The position numbers and the translations under genes are program-made. Positions 39,493 to 51,959 of a stretch of DNA of 64,000 bases are shown here, piece after piece. Location: positions 6,388,001 through 6,452,000 of the forward strand of contig NC_086109.1 of the NCBI RefSeq assembly GCF_963921235.1. The letters are read 5' to 3'. Source of the DNA: Mobula hypostoma (taxonomy: Eukaryota). The notes under the pieces were generated by a model. The model saw nothing but the letters and a program-made list of their open reading frames with translations, ran no database searches and had not been told where the DNA came from. Position 1 is the stretch's first letter. Each line of letters opens with the position of its first letter.

Positions 39493-41464
39493 TGAGATGA
39501 AAACCCATCTCAGTTTGTGATGGTTGAAGAATTAGATTTTTCAAATTGAAAATTAGATTTTCAGCTGTTGGTTTGGGAGAATTCCAAGAGTAAAGTTGAT
39601 CAAAGTGAGTATGTCTAACTTTTGGGAGCTGTGCTAACAAGCACAGAGTTCAGTTGAAGAGGCCAGAAATAGAAAGAAATAAAAAAAGATTAGCTTTATT
39701 TGTCATATGCACTGTTTTGTCCAAGAATGTGCTGGACGGCAGACTATCGCTGTCGCTATTACAAGTATCGCTACGCTTCTGACGCCAATATAACACGCTC
39801 ACAACTCACTATGTATTGCATTGTCCTGTTCCTGCAGAGCGACAAATGTCATGACATATGCCGCTGATATTAAACCAAATTCTCATTCCGTACACCTTTG
39901 GAGTGTGGGAGGAAACCGGAGCACCCGGAGGAAACCCATGAGGTCACGGGGAGAATGTACAAACTCCTTACAGTCAGCGGTGGGGATTGAACCCGTGTCA
40001 CTGGCACCGTGAAGTGCTGCGCTAACCGTTACTCTACCTTGACTTGTGGAGAACGAAACCTTCCGTATTCCAGAATACGGGGAGCCCGGTGTCAATAATA
40101 AACGAGAGAAATTCTGCAGACAGTGGAAATCCATTGCAATGCACACAAAATGCTGGAGGAACCCAGCAGTTCAGGAAATCAATAAACTGCTGAGTTGAAA
40201 CATCGACTGTTTATTCATTTCCGTAGATGCTGCCTGACCTGCTGAGCTCCACCAGCATTTTCTGTGTGTTGCTTTAGGTTTCAATAACCTTTCATAGAAG
40301 TAGCACGGACAAATATAGGTACAATACTTGTTAGAAGCAACACACACAAAATGCTGGAGGAACTTAGCAGGTCAGGCAGCATCTACGGCAAGGAATAAAG
40401 AGTTGATGTTTCAGGCCGAGGCCCTTGATCAAGACAAGAACAGGACAGAAGCTAAAATAAGAAGGTGTGGGGGGAGGGAGTACAAGCTGGCAGATCAGCT
40501 GTTAGAAGCAGCAAGGTGTTCTGCTTTGGAGGAAATACTCTGTGGTGATAATCGTGGAGAAATACAATGTAGACACAGGCCAGTCGGCCCAACATCTCTC
40601 TGCTAACCAAGCTAGTCCCATTTGCCTGGGTTTGGCCCATATCCCTCATAACCTTTTCTACACTTTCCTTAAACCTTTCCCTAACTGCTGTAAAGTTTAG
40701 AAAGGTTCTGAAACTCATATTGAACCTGGAAGTTGTCCAAAGTGAGGGAATTTGAGGAAAGCTACATTATTTATTTATTTATTAAGCTACCTCGCAGAAT
40801 AGGCCCTTCTGTTCCTTCGAGCCATGCCGCCCAGCAACCCCCAGTTTTCCCAGTCCTGATGAAGGATCTCAGACCAAAATGTTGACTGTTTGTTCATTTC
40901 CTTAGATTCTGTCTGACCCGCTGACTTCCTCCACCATTTTGTGTGTTTTGCCTCGGGTTTTCAGCATCTGCAGATTTTCTCGCATTTGGGAACCCCCAAC
41001 TTAACCCTAGCCTAATCATGGGACAATTTACAATGACCAATTAGCCTAGCAACCACTAGGTCTTTGGACTGTAGGAGGAAATTGGAGCTGCCGGAGGAAA
41101 CGCACGCGGTCACGGGGAGAATGCAGAAACTCCTGCCTGATGGTGGTGGGAATTGAACTAGCGCTGTGCTAACCACTCTGCTACACTGCCACCATCCATT
41201 TACCATCCATAAAACCCGTGAAAGCTGTGGGCTGTACTCAGGAAGGTCACTCCGGTGAATTTAATGTTTTGTGGGAAAAGGTGATGAAGAACAATTGGAT
41301 ACAACGTGGCTGTTGGGCCCCAACTCTCCATGTTATCAACAGAATGTGGTGAATACAGCCCTCACAACCATCGGGCTCCCGAACCAGTGTGGAAAACTTC
41401 AATTCTGAACTGATTCTATGACCTACAGACTCACTTTCAAGGTCTCTACAACTCATGTTCTCAG

Positions 41465-41930
41465 TATTCCAGGGATGGCGGGACTGTCATATGTTGAAAG
41501 ATTGGAGCCACTGGGCTTGTATACTCTGGAATTTAGAAGGCTGAGAGGGGATCTTATTGAAACATATAAGATTATTAAGGGATTGGACACGCTGGAGGCA
41601 GGAAGCATGTTTCCGCTCATGGGTGAGTCCAGAACCAGAGGCCACAGTTTAAGAATAAGATGTAGGCCATTTAGAACGGAGTTGAGGAAAAACTTTTTCA
41701 CCCAGAGAGTGGTGGATATATGGAATGCTGTGCCCCAGAAGGCTGTGGAGGCCAAGTCTCTGGATGCTTTCAAGAAAGAGATTGATAGAGCTCTTAAAGA
41801 TAGCTTAATCAAAGGTTATGGGGATAAGGCAGGAACTGGATACTGATTGTGGATGATCAGCCATGATCACAGTGAATGGCGGTGCTGGCTTGAAGGGCCG
41901 AATGGCCTACTCCTGCACCTATTGTCTATT
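41465..41930 (+). mobile_element. CR1 3' fragment
   Basis: IPGMAGLSYVERL..LEFRRLRGDLIETYKI..; CTATTGT tail; same subfamily end at 50949-51096. Confidence 0.92.
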
Positions 41931-42377
41931 ATTTATAAATACCGTATAGATATATTGTCCAAAGCGATGGAATTTATATATCATTCATTCATTATGCGTC
42001 ATGTTATATGACATAGGCGATCATGGTCTTCCATCTTTTCATGACCATGATTGTTCTTGGCAAATCTTTCTGCAGAAGTGGTTTACTTCTTCCGAGCAGT
42101 GTCTTTGCCAAATGGGTGAACCCCGGCCATTGTCAATACTCTTCAGGGATCATCTGCCTGGCATCAGTGGTTGCAAAACCAGGACTTGTGACTTTGCCCT
42201 GAATCTCCTCAACTTTGCCCATTAGGTTCTTGTTCGCCTTAAAGCCACGTCCGGTACATTCTTCAACAGACAGTTTTACTTCCACATGAGCCACCACCGT
42301 AAGTGAAATGCACTGCTCATTCTGAACCTCCTCCAGCTCTGGCTGAGGCTTGGAAATCCCCAGCACAAGAGAGCCCC

Positions 42378-42477
42378 AAAGCGAAACAGGAATTTCATCT
42401 TGATCGAGTTTGGAAGGCAGGGAGTTCCCACATAAATGTCACATTCCCAAGCCACCACACGAGGAAATGAGTCAGCA
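42378..42477. promoter_or_regulatory. Candidate enhancer (IRF-like, NF-kB, RUNX, ETS, AP-1/MARE motifs)
   Basis: AAAGCGAAAC 42378, GGGAGTTCCC 42420, ACCACA 42454, GAGGAA 42461, TGAGTCAGCA 42468, in sequence that does not look repeat-derived. Confidence 0.45.
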
Positions 42478-44659
42478 GGCAATTCCATGAACCATTTGAT
42501 AGTCCAACACATTCTGGGTTTGAATTACCTCTGCATTCGTTCAAGAATAGTGAAAACAAAAAGGTTTCAAAATACAGGCAACACACACACATGCAATGCT
42601 GGAGGAACGCATTAACAAAATGTAAATTACAGGCTCCATTTGCGCACAGATTAGTAGTAGAGTATATTTCAGGTCAATACCCTTATGGGGTCCTGGTGAA
42701 GGATCTCAGCCCAAAAGGTTGACTGTTAATCATCTTGTACAGGTCAGACAGCATCCATGGCGGACGAATGAGATTTACCAGGATGCTGCCTGGATTAGGA
42801 ATCATGCCTTATGAAGATAGGATGAGTGAGTGAAGGCTTTTCTCTTAGCGTGAAGGAGGATGAGAGGTGACTAGATAGAGGTGCACAAGGTGGTAACAGC
42901 CAACATTCCAGGCTGAGATTCTTTATCAGGGTATCGGCCCGAAGTATACTTCTATTACTAATCTGTGTGTGATTGAAGCCTGTAATTTACATTTTGACAA
43001 CGTGTTTTTGGGCTGAGTGATCTGGTGCCATTGCTGTCTCTGAGGCCATTCAGCGTGGTAGAGAACAGAGTGTGCAAACTAATGGCAGGGCGTGAACCCA
43101 TTATCGGCTCCATTTCTTGACCAACACACCCATTAAAGCGTCGAGCAAGATTGAGATCAACGAGGAGGAGAGCGGAAGGCGAGCGGGTCTTCAGTACCGT
43201 CTGCCTGCATCTGACTGACTGGCCTCCCACTCCCTCTTGCTGCTGGAGGAAGGAGCAGGAGACGTGTGTCTTGGGCAAGTTTTGATTGGTGCAGTCTGTG
43301 GATTGGATTTGTTTTTAGAGGACCCTGCAGTCCATGTTATATGTGGTTCTGGTTTCTGGTTACTCCTTTTTCTTGCTATTTTGCGCGATTTTGTTTGGGG
43401 TGGACTGGCTCCGCAGTCACAGCACTAACTTGAACTGAACTGAACAGTCCTAGACTGTTTCGAGGATTCTGCGGTTTGATGTTTAATATTCTGTGTTATT
43501 CACTCGTTTTTTGCTGTTTATGTGATTTATTGTTTTTTTGTGTGTTGAGTTGTTTGCTGTTTTCTTTTAACGGGTTCATGGTTTTTCTTTTCTTCATGGC
43601 TGTCTGTGGGGAAGATAAATCTCAGGGTTGTATACTGCATACATACTTGATAATAAATGTACTTTGAATCTTTGATCTGTGTTCAATGTGTTATGTTAAT
43701 GTGAGTTTGGACGTGCTCATGTTCTTATTATTCATTCACCTTTTCTATATAGCGGAGACAAAAATTTCACACACCTCGATTAAAGTTTTTGTAATAATTA
43801 TAACCAACTCATTTTACCAAATACTGTACCGATGGTCTGACTGAAAGCTCAGAGGTGCGTGGCTGCACCTTAATGGAGTGGTACCTTGTGCCACTTGGTG
43901 GCGGCAGTCGGTACTACAGAAATTAACGTGACACAAGCTGCAAACTGATACATAGCTGGAAGTGGTGTGCAAAATATTCCAATAAATATGTAGCCTGAGC
44001 ACTGGAGAATTAAGGGGAGACGTATCACAGCAGGTAGTGCTCACACCCCAATGACCAAGGTTCAGCCCTGATCTCGGTGTGTGTGTGTGTGTGTATGTAT
44101 GCACATGTCTTTGGCGGTATGCATGTGTGATGGCTTTCCCCTAGGTACCTCAGATTCCTCCCACATCCCAAAGACCAATTGGACATTTTAAATTGCCACA
44201 AGTTTGGACAAATGCAAACCAGGCGTTGATGATTCTGTGAAGAATACATTTCAGGTCCAAGTGGTGAACAGGGGAGGGGCAGTGGGATCATTCAGCTGGC
44301 CTCCCGTGTTGTGGAAACTACCCCCAGTGAGCTAACTCGCTGGAATGCGCAGTTCGAGAGAGTTCACGGCCAAAATACGTGACCCATGGATTCCAGGTGA
44401 GATTGACAGGGAGAAGTTTGTCCTTCTAGAATTAAGAGACACACTCCCAGATTGAGTGCAGAGAAGTTTGGGGAGGGGGTGGGAAATCTTAGGAAACCTA
44501 CTGCAGAGGACTGAGGGTGTTACAAACACTGAAAATATTTAAACTGAGACCGTGAGACTTGTGACGTTATGGAATCTCAGTTCTCCTACCACCACAACAG
44601 ATCAACAGCGGAAGCAATTTCTATAGCTCTTCACTCTGCTCAGGACTACTTGGACAACA

Positions 44660-45952
44660 GGAACACATCCCTTTAGGCTGCTGTTCATCAACTACAGTCA
44701 GTGTTCAACACAATCATCCTCTCCAAGCTCCAATACCTGGGCCTCAGTACCTCCCTCTGCAACTCGATCCTTCACATCCTCAGTGACAGACTTCAATCAC
44801 TGAGGATTGGTAACCACATCCCTTCCCTTCCTTGAAGACCATTAACACAGGTGCACCTCAAGGCTGCAAGCTTAGACCCCGGATCTAATCTCCATACACA
44901 CATAGGATCAAGTGGAGCACATCAGGAGTATTAAGAAGCCAGAAAATAACTAAAGAAGAGGATCTAACCTGGCCCCAACACATCGATGTAGTCATAAAGA
45001 AGGCAAGACAGCGGCTATACTTTATCAGGAGTTTGAAGAGATTTGGCATGACAACAAATACACTCAAAAACTTCTATAGTTGCACCGTGGAGAGCATTCT
45101 GACAGGCTGCATCACTGTCTGGTATGGAGGGGCTACTGCACAGGACCAAAAGAAGCTGCAGAAGGTTCTAAATCTAATCAGCTTCATCTTGGGCGTGAGC
45201 CTACAAAGTACCCAGGACATCTTCAGGGAGCGGTGTCTCAGAAATGCAGCGTCCATTGTTAAGGACCTCCAGCACCCAGGGCATGCCCTTTTCTCACTGA
45301 TACCGTCGGAGATACAGAAGCCTGAAGGCACACACTCAGTGATTCAGGAACAGCTTCTTCCTCTCTGCCATCCGATTCCTAAATGGACTTCGAAGCTTTG
45401 GACACTACCTCACTTTTTTAATATACATTAAAGGCATCTGTTAGTCTTGTGAGACCATGGATCTGCGCCTGGAAAGTCTTCACTCTCCAGGGCACAGGCC
45501 TGGGCAAGGTTGTATGGAAGACCGGCGGTTGCCCATGCTGCAAGTCTCCCCTCTCCACAGCATCAATGTTGTCCAAGGGAAAGGCATTAGGACCCATACA
45601 GCTTGGCGCCGGTGTCGTCGCAGAGCAATGTGTGATTAAGTACCTTGCTCAAGGACATGACACGCTGCCCAGCTGGGGATCGAACTCACGACCTTCAGGT
45701 AGCTAGTCCAATGCCTTAACCACTTGGCCACGTGCCCACTTTAATATACATTATTTCTGTTTTTGCACATTTTTAAATAATCTATTCAATATATGTAATT
45801 GATTTACTTGTTTATTTATTGTTATTTATTTATCTGTTTGTTTATTTATTTATTTCTCTCTCTGTTAGATTATGTATTGCATTGAACTGCTGCTGCTAAG
45901 TTAACAAATTTCACGTCACATGCCAGTGATAATGAACCTGATTCTGATTCTG
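44660..45952 (+). mobile_element. Rex1/Babar-type LINE fragment with a SINE inserted in its 3'UTR
   Basis: Similar to 26328-27430; (GATTCT)n tail at ~45940. Confidence 0.82.
45431..45739 (-). mobile_element. tRNA-headed SINE with CORE-like segment and 14-bp TSD
   Basis: Minus strand GGCACGTGGCCAAGTGGTTAAGGC...GAGTTCGATCCC, then GTCCTTGAGCAAGGTACTTAA; TSD tttaatatacatta at 45417-45430 and 45740-45753. Confidence 0.85.
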
Positions 45953-45954
45953 AA

Positions 45955-47730
45955 TTAAGAAAGCCAGGAGGGGCCATGAAAAGTCCTTGGCAAGTAGGAT
46001 TACGGTGAATCCCAAGACATTCTCTACCTATATCAAGAGCAAGAGGATAACTAGGGAGAGGGTAGGTCCACTGAAGGATAAAGAGGGGAACATTTGCTTG
46101 GATGCAGTGAATGTGAGTGAGGTACTTAATGAGTACTTTGCTTCAGTACTTAGGATATGGAGGACCAGGAGATCAGTGCCGAGTGTGTAAATATGTTAGA
46201 GGGTTCAGAATTCAAGGGGGAGGAAGTGTTGGGCCTCCTAATGAGTATTAAGGTGGATAAGTCCCCAGGGCCTGATGGGATTTACCCCTGGTTATTGAAG
46301 GAGGCAAGAGACGAGATTGCTGGGCCTTTGACTAGTATCTTTGTGTCCTCTCTAGCTATAGGCAAGATCCCAGAGGACTGGCGAGTGGCTAACGAACCTC
46401 TATTTAAGAAGGGAACAAGGGAGAATCCTGGGAACTATAGACTGGCAAGTCTCACATCAGTTGTAGGGAAATTACCAGAGAAAATGCTTAGAGTTGGGAT
46501 TTATGAGTACTTGGAAACCCCTGGCCTAATCAGGGAGAGTCAGCAGGGCTTTGTGCGGGGCAAGTCACGTTTTACCAACTTGATTGAGTTTTTCAACGAG
46601 GTGAGAACAGAGATGGATGAGGATGGATGAGACAGTGGATGTTGTCTACATGGATTTTAGTAGGGTGCTTGACAAAGTCCCACATGGGAGGCTAATCTAA
46701 AAGATTAAGATGCGTGGAGTCCACGGTGAATTAGCTGCTGGGATTCAGAACTGGCTTGCACATAGAAGACAGAGGGTAGTGGCTGAAGGGACACACTTAA
46801 GCTGGAGGTCTGTAATTAGTGAAGTTCCGCAGGGATCTGTGCCGGGACCTCTGCTGTCGGTGATGCATATATCGGAGGGATGAGAAGATGGCGGCACGAC
46901 ACAGCGCGCATGGCCATTCCGAATGAATATCGATATGTGTAACTAGGGGGGCCGTGCACAATCCGGATTTGATGGAGACAGCCGTGAGAGGCACAGAGGA
47001 ACATCTGGAGTAACTTCTGAAATGCCTGCTTTGCGGCCACTGCTATTGTGCGATCGAGAATCTCCGGAGACAAAGGCCCCAAATCCTTGGTTTTGTGTAT
47101 CGCCTGTTGCCGAGGACGGGGTCAAAGCGCTCGGCAGAGATGGTGCTCAGTGTCGAAGAGATGGTCGGACGCTCTGAGTTTTTCAGACGGACTCAGAGTC
47201 GGACTGTGGTCGGATGCTTCCGGGATGCTGCACCAGCAAGTTGGCAGCGCTGGAGGTTTACCATCTGCGTGAGATGATGGGACTTTTGAGAGGCTCTGAG
47301 ACTTTTACTGTGCCCATGGTCTGTTCTTATCAAATTACGGTATTGCCTTGCACTGTTGTAACTATATGTTATAATTACGTGTTTTTTGTTAGTTTTTAAG
47401 TCGGTTTGTCATGTGTTTTCGTGATATCATTCTGGAAAAACATTTTATCATTTCTTAATGCATGCATTACTAAATGACAATAAAAGGGGACTGCGTGTCC
47501 TCATAATCATAAACCACCTGAATGAAAATGTAGATGGGTGGGTTAGTCGGTTTGTAGATGATACCAAGATTAGTGGAGTTGTGGTCAGTGTAAAAGACTG
47601 GCAGTGTGATATAGATCAGTGGCAGATATGGGCAGAGAAATGGCAGATGGAGTTTAAACCAGATAAACGTGAGGTGTTGCACCTTGGGTAAGGCAAATGC
47701 AAGGACGTAGTACACTGTTAAAGGCAAGAC
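45955..47730 (+). mobile_element. CR1 ORF2 internal fragment, interrupted at ~46872-47510
   Basis: KSPGPDG..PEDWRVAN..GNYR..QQGFVRGKS; RT resumes at ~47511 (SRFVDDTKI). Confidence 0.88.
46872..47510 (+). mobile_element. Non-autonomous retroposon-like insertion (AAGATGGCGG head, AATAAA, short tandem tail)
   Basis: Interrupts the CR1 RT between gtgatgcatat and aaaccacctg; CpG-rich; no recognisable coding or tRNA head. Confidence 0.6.
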
Positions 47731-48029
47731 CAGTATCATTGCTTGGCGGCAATGAGTGAGATAGAAGACCTGGTTGAGTGGTGTCACAACAACTCCTTGC
47801 TCAGTTGTCAATAAAACCAAGCAACTAATCAGCATATATTGTTAAATTTGTAGTTTTGCGACAGCAGTACATGGAAATACATAATAAAAACTGTAAAATA
47901 CAGAAAGTAAATATATACAAGTTAAATAGTGCAAGAAGTGAAATAAAAGAGTAGTGAGGTAATGTTCATGGTTTCAACGTCCATTCAGAAATCTGTTGAC
48001 AGAGGGGAAAAGCTAGTCCTGAATATGTA

Positions 48030-49490
48030 ACACTCGCAACACGCTGGAGGAACTCAGCAGGTTGGGCGGCATCCGTGGAAACGATCAGTCAATGTTTCAG
48101 GCCAGAACCCTTCGTCAGGACTGTAGAGGGAAGGGGCAGAGGCCCTATAAAGAAGGTGGGGGGAGGGTGGGAAGGAGAAGGCTGGTAGGTTCCAGGTGAA
48201 AAACCAGTAAGGGGAAAGATAAAGGGGTGGAGAGGGGAAGCGGGGAGGTGATAGGCAGGAAAGGTGAAGAAAGAATAGGGGAAAACACAATGGGTAGTAG
48301 AAGGAGATGGAACCATGAGGGAGGTGATAGGCAGCTGGGGGAAGGGGCAGAGTGAAATAGGGATAGAGGAAGGGAGGGGGAGGGAATTACCAGAAGTTGG
48401 AGAATTCTATGTTCATACCAACGGGTTGGAGGCTACCTAGACGGTATATGAGGTGTCGCTCCTCCAACCTGACTTTAGCCTCATCATGGCAGTAGAGGAG
48501 GCCATGTATGGACATATCTGAATGGGAGTGGGAAGCAGAGTTGAAGTGGGTGGCTACTGGGAGATCCTGTCTGTTTTGGCGGATGGAGCGGAGGTGCTTG
48601 ACGAAGCAGTCCCCCAATCTGCGTTGGGTCTCACCGATGTACAGGAGGCCGCACCGGGAGCACCGGATGCAATAGATGACCCCAACAGACTCACAAGTGA
48701 AGTGTTGCCTCACTTGGAAGGACTGTTTGGGGCCCTGAATGGTGGCAAGAGAGAAGGTGTAGGGACAGGTGTAGCACTTACGCTTACAGGGATAAGTACC
48801 GGGTGAGAGATCCGTGGGGAGGGACGTGTGGACCAGGGAGTTGCGGAGGGACCGATCCCTGTGAAAAGCGGAGAGGGGTGGAGAGGGAAAGATGTGCTTA
48901 GTGGTGGGGTCCTGTTGAAGGTGGCGGAAGTTGCAGAGGATAATGTGCTGGATCCGGAGGCTGGTGGGATGGTAGGTAAGGACAAGGGGAACTCTGTCCC
49001 TGTTGTGGTGATGGGAGGATGGGGTGAGGGCCGAAGTGCGGGAAATGGAGGAGATGCGGGTGAGGGCATCATTGATGACAGCAGAAGGGAAACCACGATC
49101 CTTAAAGAAAGAGGGCATTTGAGATGTCCTGGAACGGAAAGCCTCATTCTCAGAGCAGATGCGGTGGAGACGGAGGAACTGGGAATAGGGAATGGCATAT
49201 TTGCGTGTGGCGGGGTGGGAAGAGGTATAGTTGAGGTAGTTATGAGAGTCAGTGGGCTTGTAGAAGATGTCAGTAGACAGTCTGTCTCCAGAGATGGAGG
49301 CCGAGAGATCAAGAAAGGGGAGAGAAGTGTCTGAGATAGACCAAGTGAATTTGAGGGCTGGGTGGAAGTTCGAAGTAAAGTCGATGAAATTGACGAGCTC
49401 AGCATGGGTGCAGGAAGCAGCAGCAATGTAGTCGTCAATGTACCGAAGGAAAAGTTGGGGAGCAGTACCAGAATAGGTTTGGAGCACAGA
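48030..49490 (-). mobile_element. Penelope-like retroelement (Neptune-type), 5'-truncated: RT C-terminus + Cys linker + GIY-YIG endonuclease + pseudo-LTR
   Basis: Uninterrupted 366-aa ORF 48387..49487 with FLRYIDD, CKRKCYTC linker, VIYCIRCSRCGLLYIGET and terminal LGSLQPVGMN; pLTR with hammerhead motif at 48086-48123. Confidence 0.93.
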
Positions 49491-50669
49491 TTGAGTATGT
49501 ACATTGATGGTAGCAATGAGAAGAGGGCAAGTCCTGGGTGATAGGGGTCCTTAATGATGGATGTTGCCTTGTTGAGGCATCGGTCCTTGAAGATGTCCCT
49601 GAGTTCAGTGAGGGGAAGTTGGGACACCACAAGCCAGTTCTCATTGGTAAGGTGGAGAGAATACGTGGTTCCATTTTCCTGGGTTTTAACGTATCAAATG
49701 ATCTATCCTGGGCCCAGCACATAGATGCAACCACGAAGAATGCACGCCAGCTCCTCTACCTTCGTAGAAGTTTAAGGAAATTTGGCTCGTCACCAAATAC
49801 TCCAGCAAACTTCGACAGCTGCAGTGTTGCAAGTATTCTGACCGCTGGCGTCACGGCATTTTCAACACACGGGAACATGAGACGCTGCAAGCAATGGTGG
49901 ATGCAGCCCAGTCCATCATGGGCACAAGCTTTCCATGGCACTGGCAACACCTACAGGGGGCGCTGCCTCTAGGAGGCAGCATCCGTCATCAAGGATACCC
50001 ACCACTCGCACATGCCCATTCCCCGCAGCTACCATCGCACAGGAGGTACAGAAGCCTGAGGTTCCACACCAGCAGGTTCTGGGACAACTAATTTCCCATA
50101 ACCATCAGGTTCTTGAGTTCACCTGCGCAGTCCAAACTCTACCTCAATAACAGGCCACCCCTTCCACTACCATAGCATTCTCATTGTGTTCTTGAAGGAT
50201 TTAAAGTTCAATTTTATTTGTCACTTGTACATCGAAACGTGCAGGGCTCGTGTGAGAAGCCAGGAAGGGGCAATAAGGTGCAGGAGGTAAAGCGCTAAAG
50301 AAGGAGAAATCTGATGGAAGAGGACAGTGGACCACGGGAGAAAGGGAAATTACCTCCCTGCTTCTCATAAGGCTAAGGAGGTGATTGTGGACTTCAGGAA
50401 GGTGGAGGCTAAATATTCCTCACTGCATATGAACGTGCAAATTTAGGAGCACCAAGTTTATGATGACCACACCTGGTCCCCAACACCACCTCTTTAGTCA
50501 AGAAAGCACAGGAGCATCTCCATTCCCTGGGGAGACTGGGGTGAGTGAGGCTCTCCCCCCCCCCCATTCTGATCAATTTTTACAGGAGCACCATTGAGAG
50601 CGTCTTGACCAGCTGCATCACCATCTAGTGTACGAAATGCAAGGTATCTGAGCACAAGACCCTACAAAG

Positions 50670-51600
50670 GAATGTGGCCACCGGGAAATCCCGCTTTTCT
50701 GGCTGACGGAGCGCAGGTGCTCAGCGAAGCCATCTCCCAATCTACGTTGGGTCACACTGATATACAGGAGGCCACAGTGGGAACATTAGAAACAGTAGAT
50801 GACCCCAGCAGACTCACAGGTAAAGTGTCACCTCACCTGGAAGGACAGTTTGGGGCCAAAGTAAATGGGATCTCCCAATGGCCACCCATTTCAATTCTAC
50901 TTCCCATTCCCACTCCAACTCCAACATTTTGGTCCATGGCCTCCCCTGGATAGAGCTCTTAAAGATAGCAGAATCAAAGGTTATGGGGATAAGGCAGGAA
51001 CTGGATACTGATTGTGGATGATCAGCCATGATCACAGTGAATGGCAGCGCTGGCTCGAAGGGCCGAATGGCTGACTCCTGCACCTATTGTCTATTGTCAC
51101 GACGAGGCCCACTCAGGTTGGAGGAGCAATACCTTACATTCTGTCTGGGTAGTTTCCAATCTGGTGGCATGAACATTGATTTTTTGAACTTCTGGTAATG
51201 CCCCCCTCCCTTCCCCATTCCCATTTCCCTCTCTCACTTTATCTCCGTCCCTGCCCACCACCTCCCTCTTGTGCTCCAACCTTTCCCTTTATTCAATGGT
51301 CTTCTACCCTCCCTTATCAGATTCCCCATGCTCCAGCCCCTTATCTGTTTCACCAGTCAACTCCCCAGCTCTTTACTTCACCCCCCCGTTTCACCTTCAT
51401 CTACCACCCTGAACTTCTTGCTCCCCTCCCCCTACCTTCTTATCTGACTTCTCATCCTTTTTCCCCAGTCCTGATGAAGGGTCTCAATCCAAGAACTCGA
51501 CTGTTGACTCTTTTCCATCCATACAGCCTGGCCTGCTGAGTTCCTCCAGTATTTTGTGTGTGTTGCTTGGATTTCCAGCATCTGCAAATTTTCTCAGGTT
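50670..51600. mobile_element. Penelope-like fragments (minus piece ~50670-50860, plus piece ~50870-51600) interrupted by a CR1 3' end
   Basis: Homology to the 48 kb element in both orientations; pLTR motif at 51466-51503. Confidence 0.75.
50949..51096 (+). mobile_element. Very short CR1 3' end inserted in a PLE
   Basis: Near-identical to 41783-41930. Confidence 0.85.
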
Positions 51601-51959
51601 TATTATTTGTGATAAAACAACTTTGCGTTATGTGTGTATGTGTGTGTCTGTGTGGGGCCCAGAGAAACGTTGTTTTGTTTGGTGGTATACTCATAATGGA
51701 CTGAACTTAAACTATTCCTTTTCAACACCCTCCTTCCCCCTCACTAGGTCTCCACTATCACCTGCCGCTTGTAGTTCTTCTCCCCTCTTCCTTCCCAGTC
51801 TTCCTTCCGAGACAAGGGTCTCGGCCCGAAACGTCGACTGTTTCCATAAACGCTGCTTGACCCACTTCGCGTGCGTTGATCAGGATTTCCAGCATCTACA
51901 GCAACCCTGCTGTTTATATTCTTTTATCTTTACCCATTCGGTTCTTCTTTCTTCTCCTC

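Noticed and set aside
43888..43908. CTCF site (GCCACTTGGTGGCGGC)
   Set aside because: Mismatch at a highly conserved core position in either orientation; not supportable without data
45670..45739. tRNA gene
   Set aside because: A/B boxes belong to a SINE head followed by body and TSD; no complete cloverleaf
48710..49630. 306-aa Ser/Pro/Thr-rich minus ORF overlapping the PLE
   Set aside because: Alternative frame of the pyrimidine-rich PLE strand that starts in an unrelated flanking repeat
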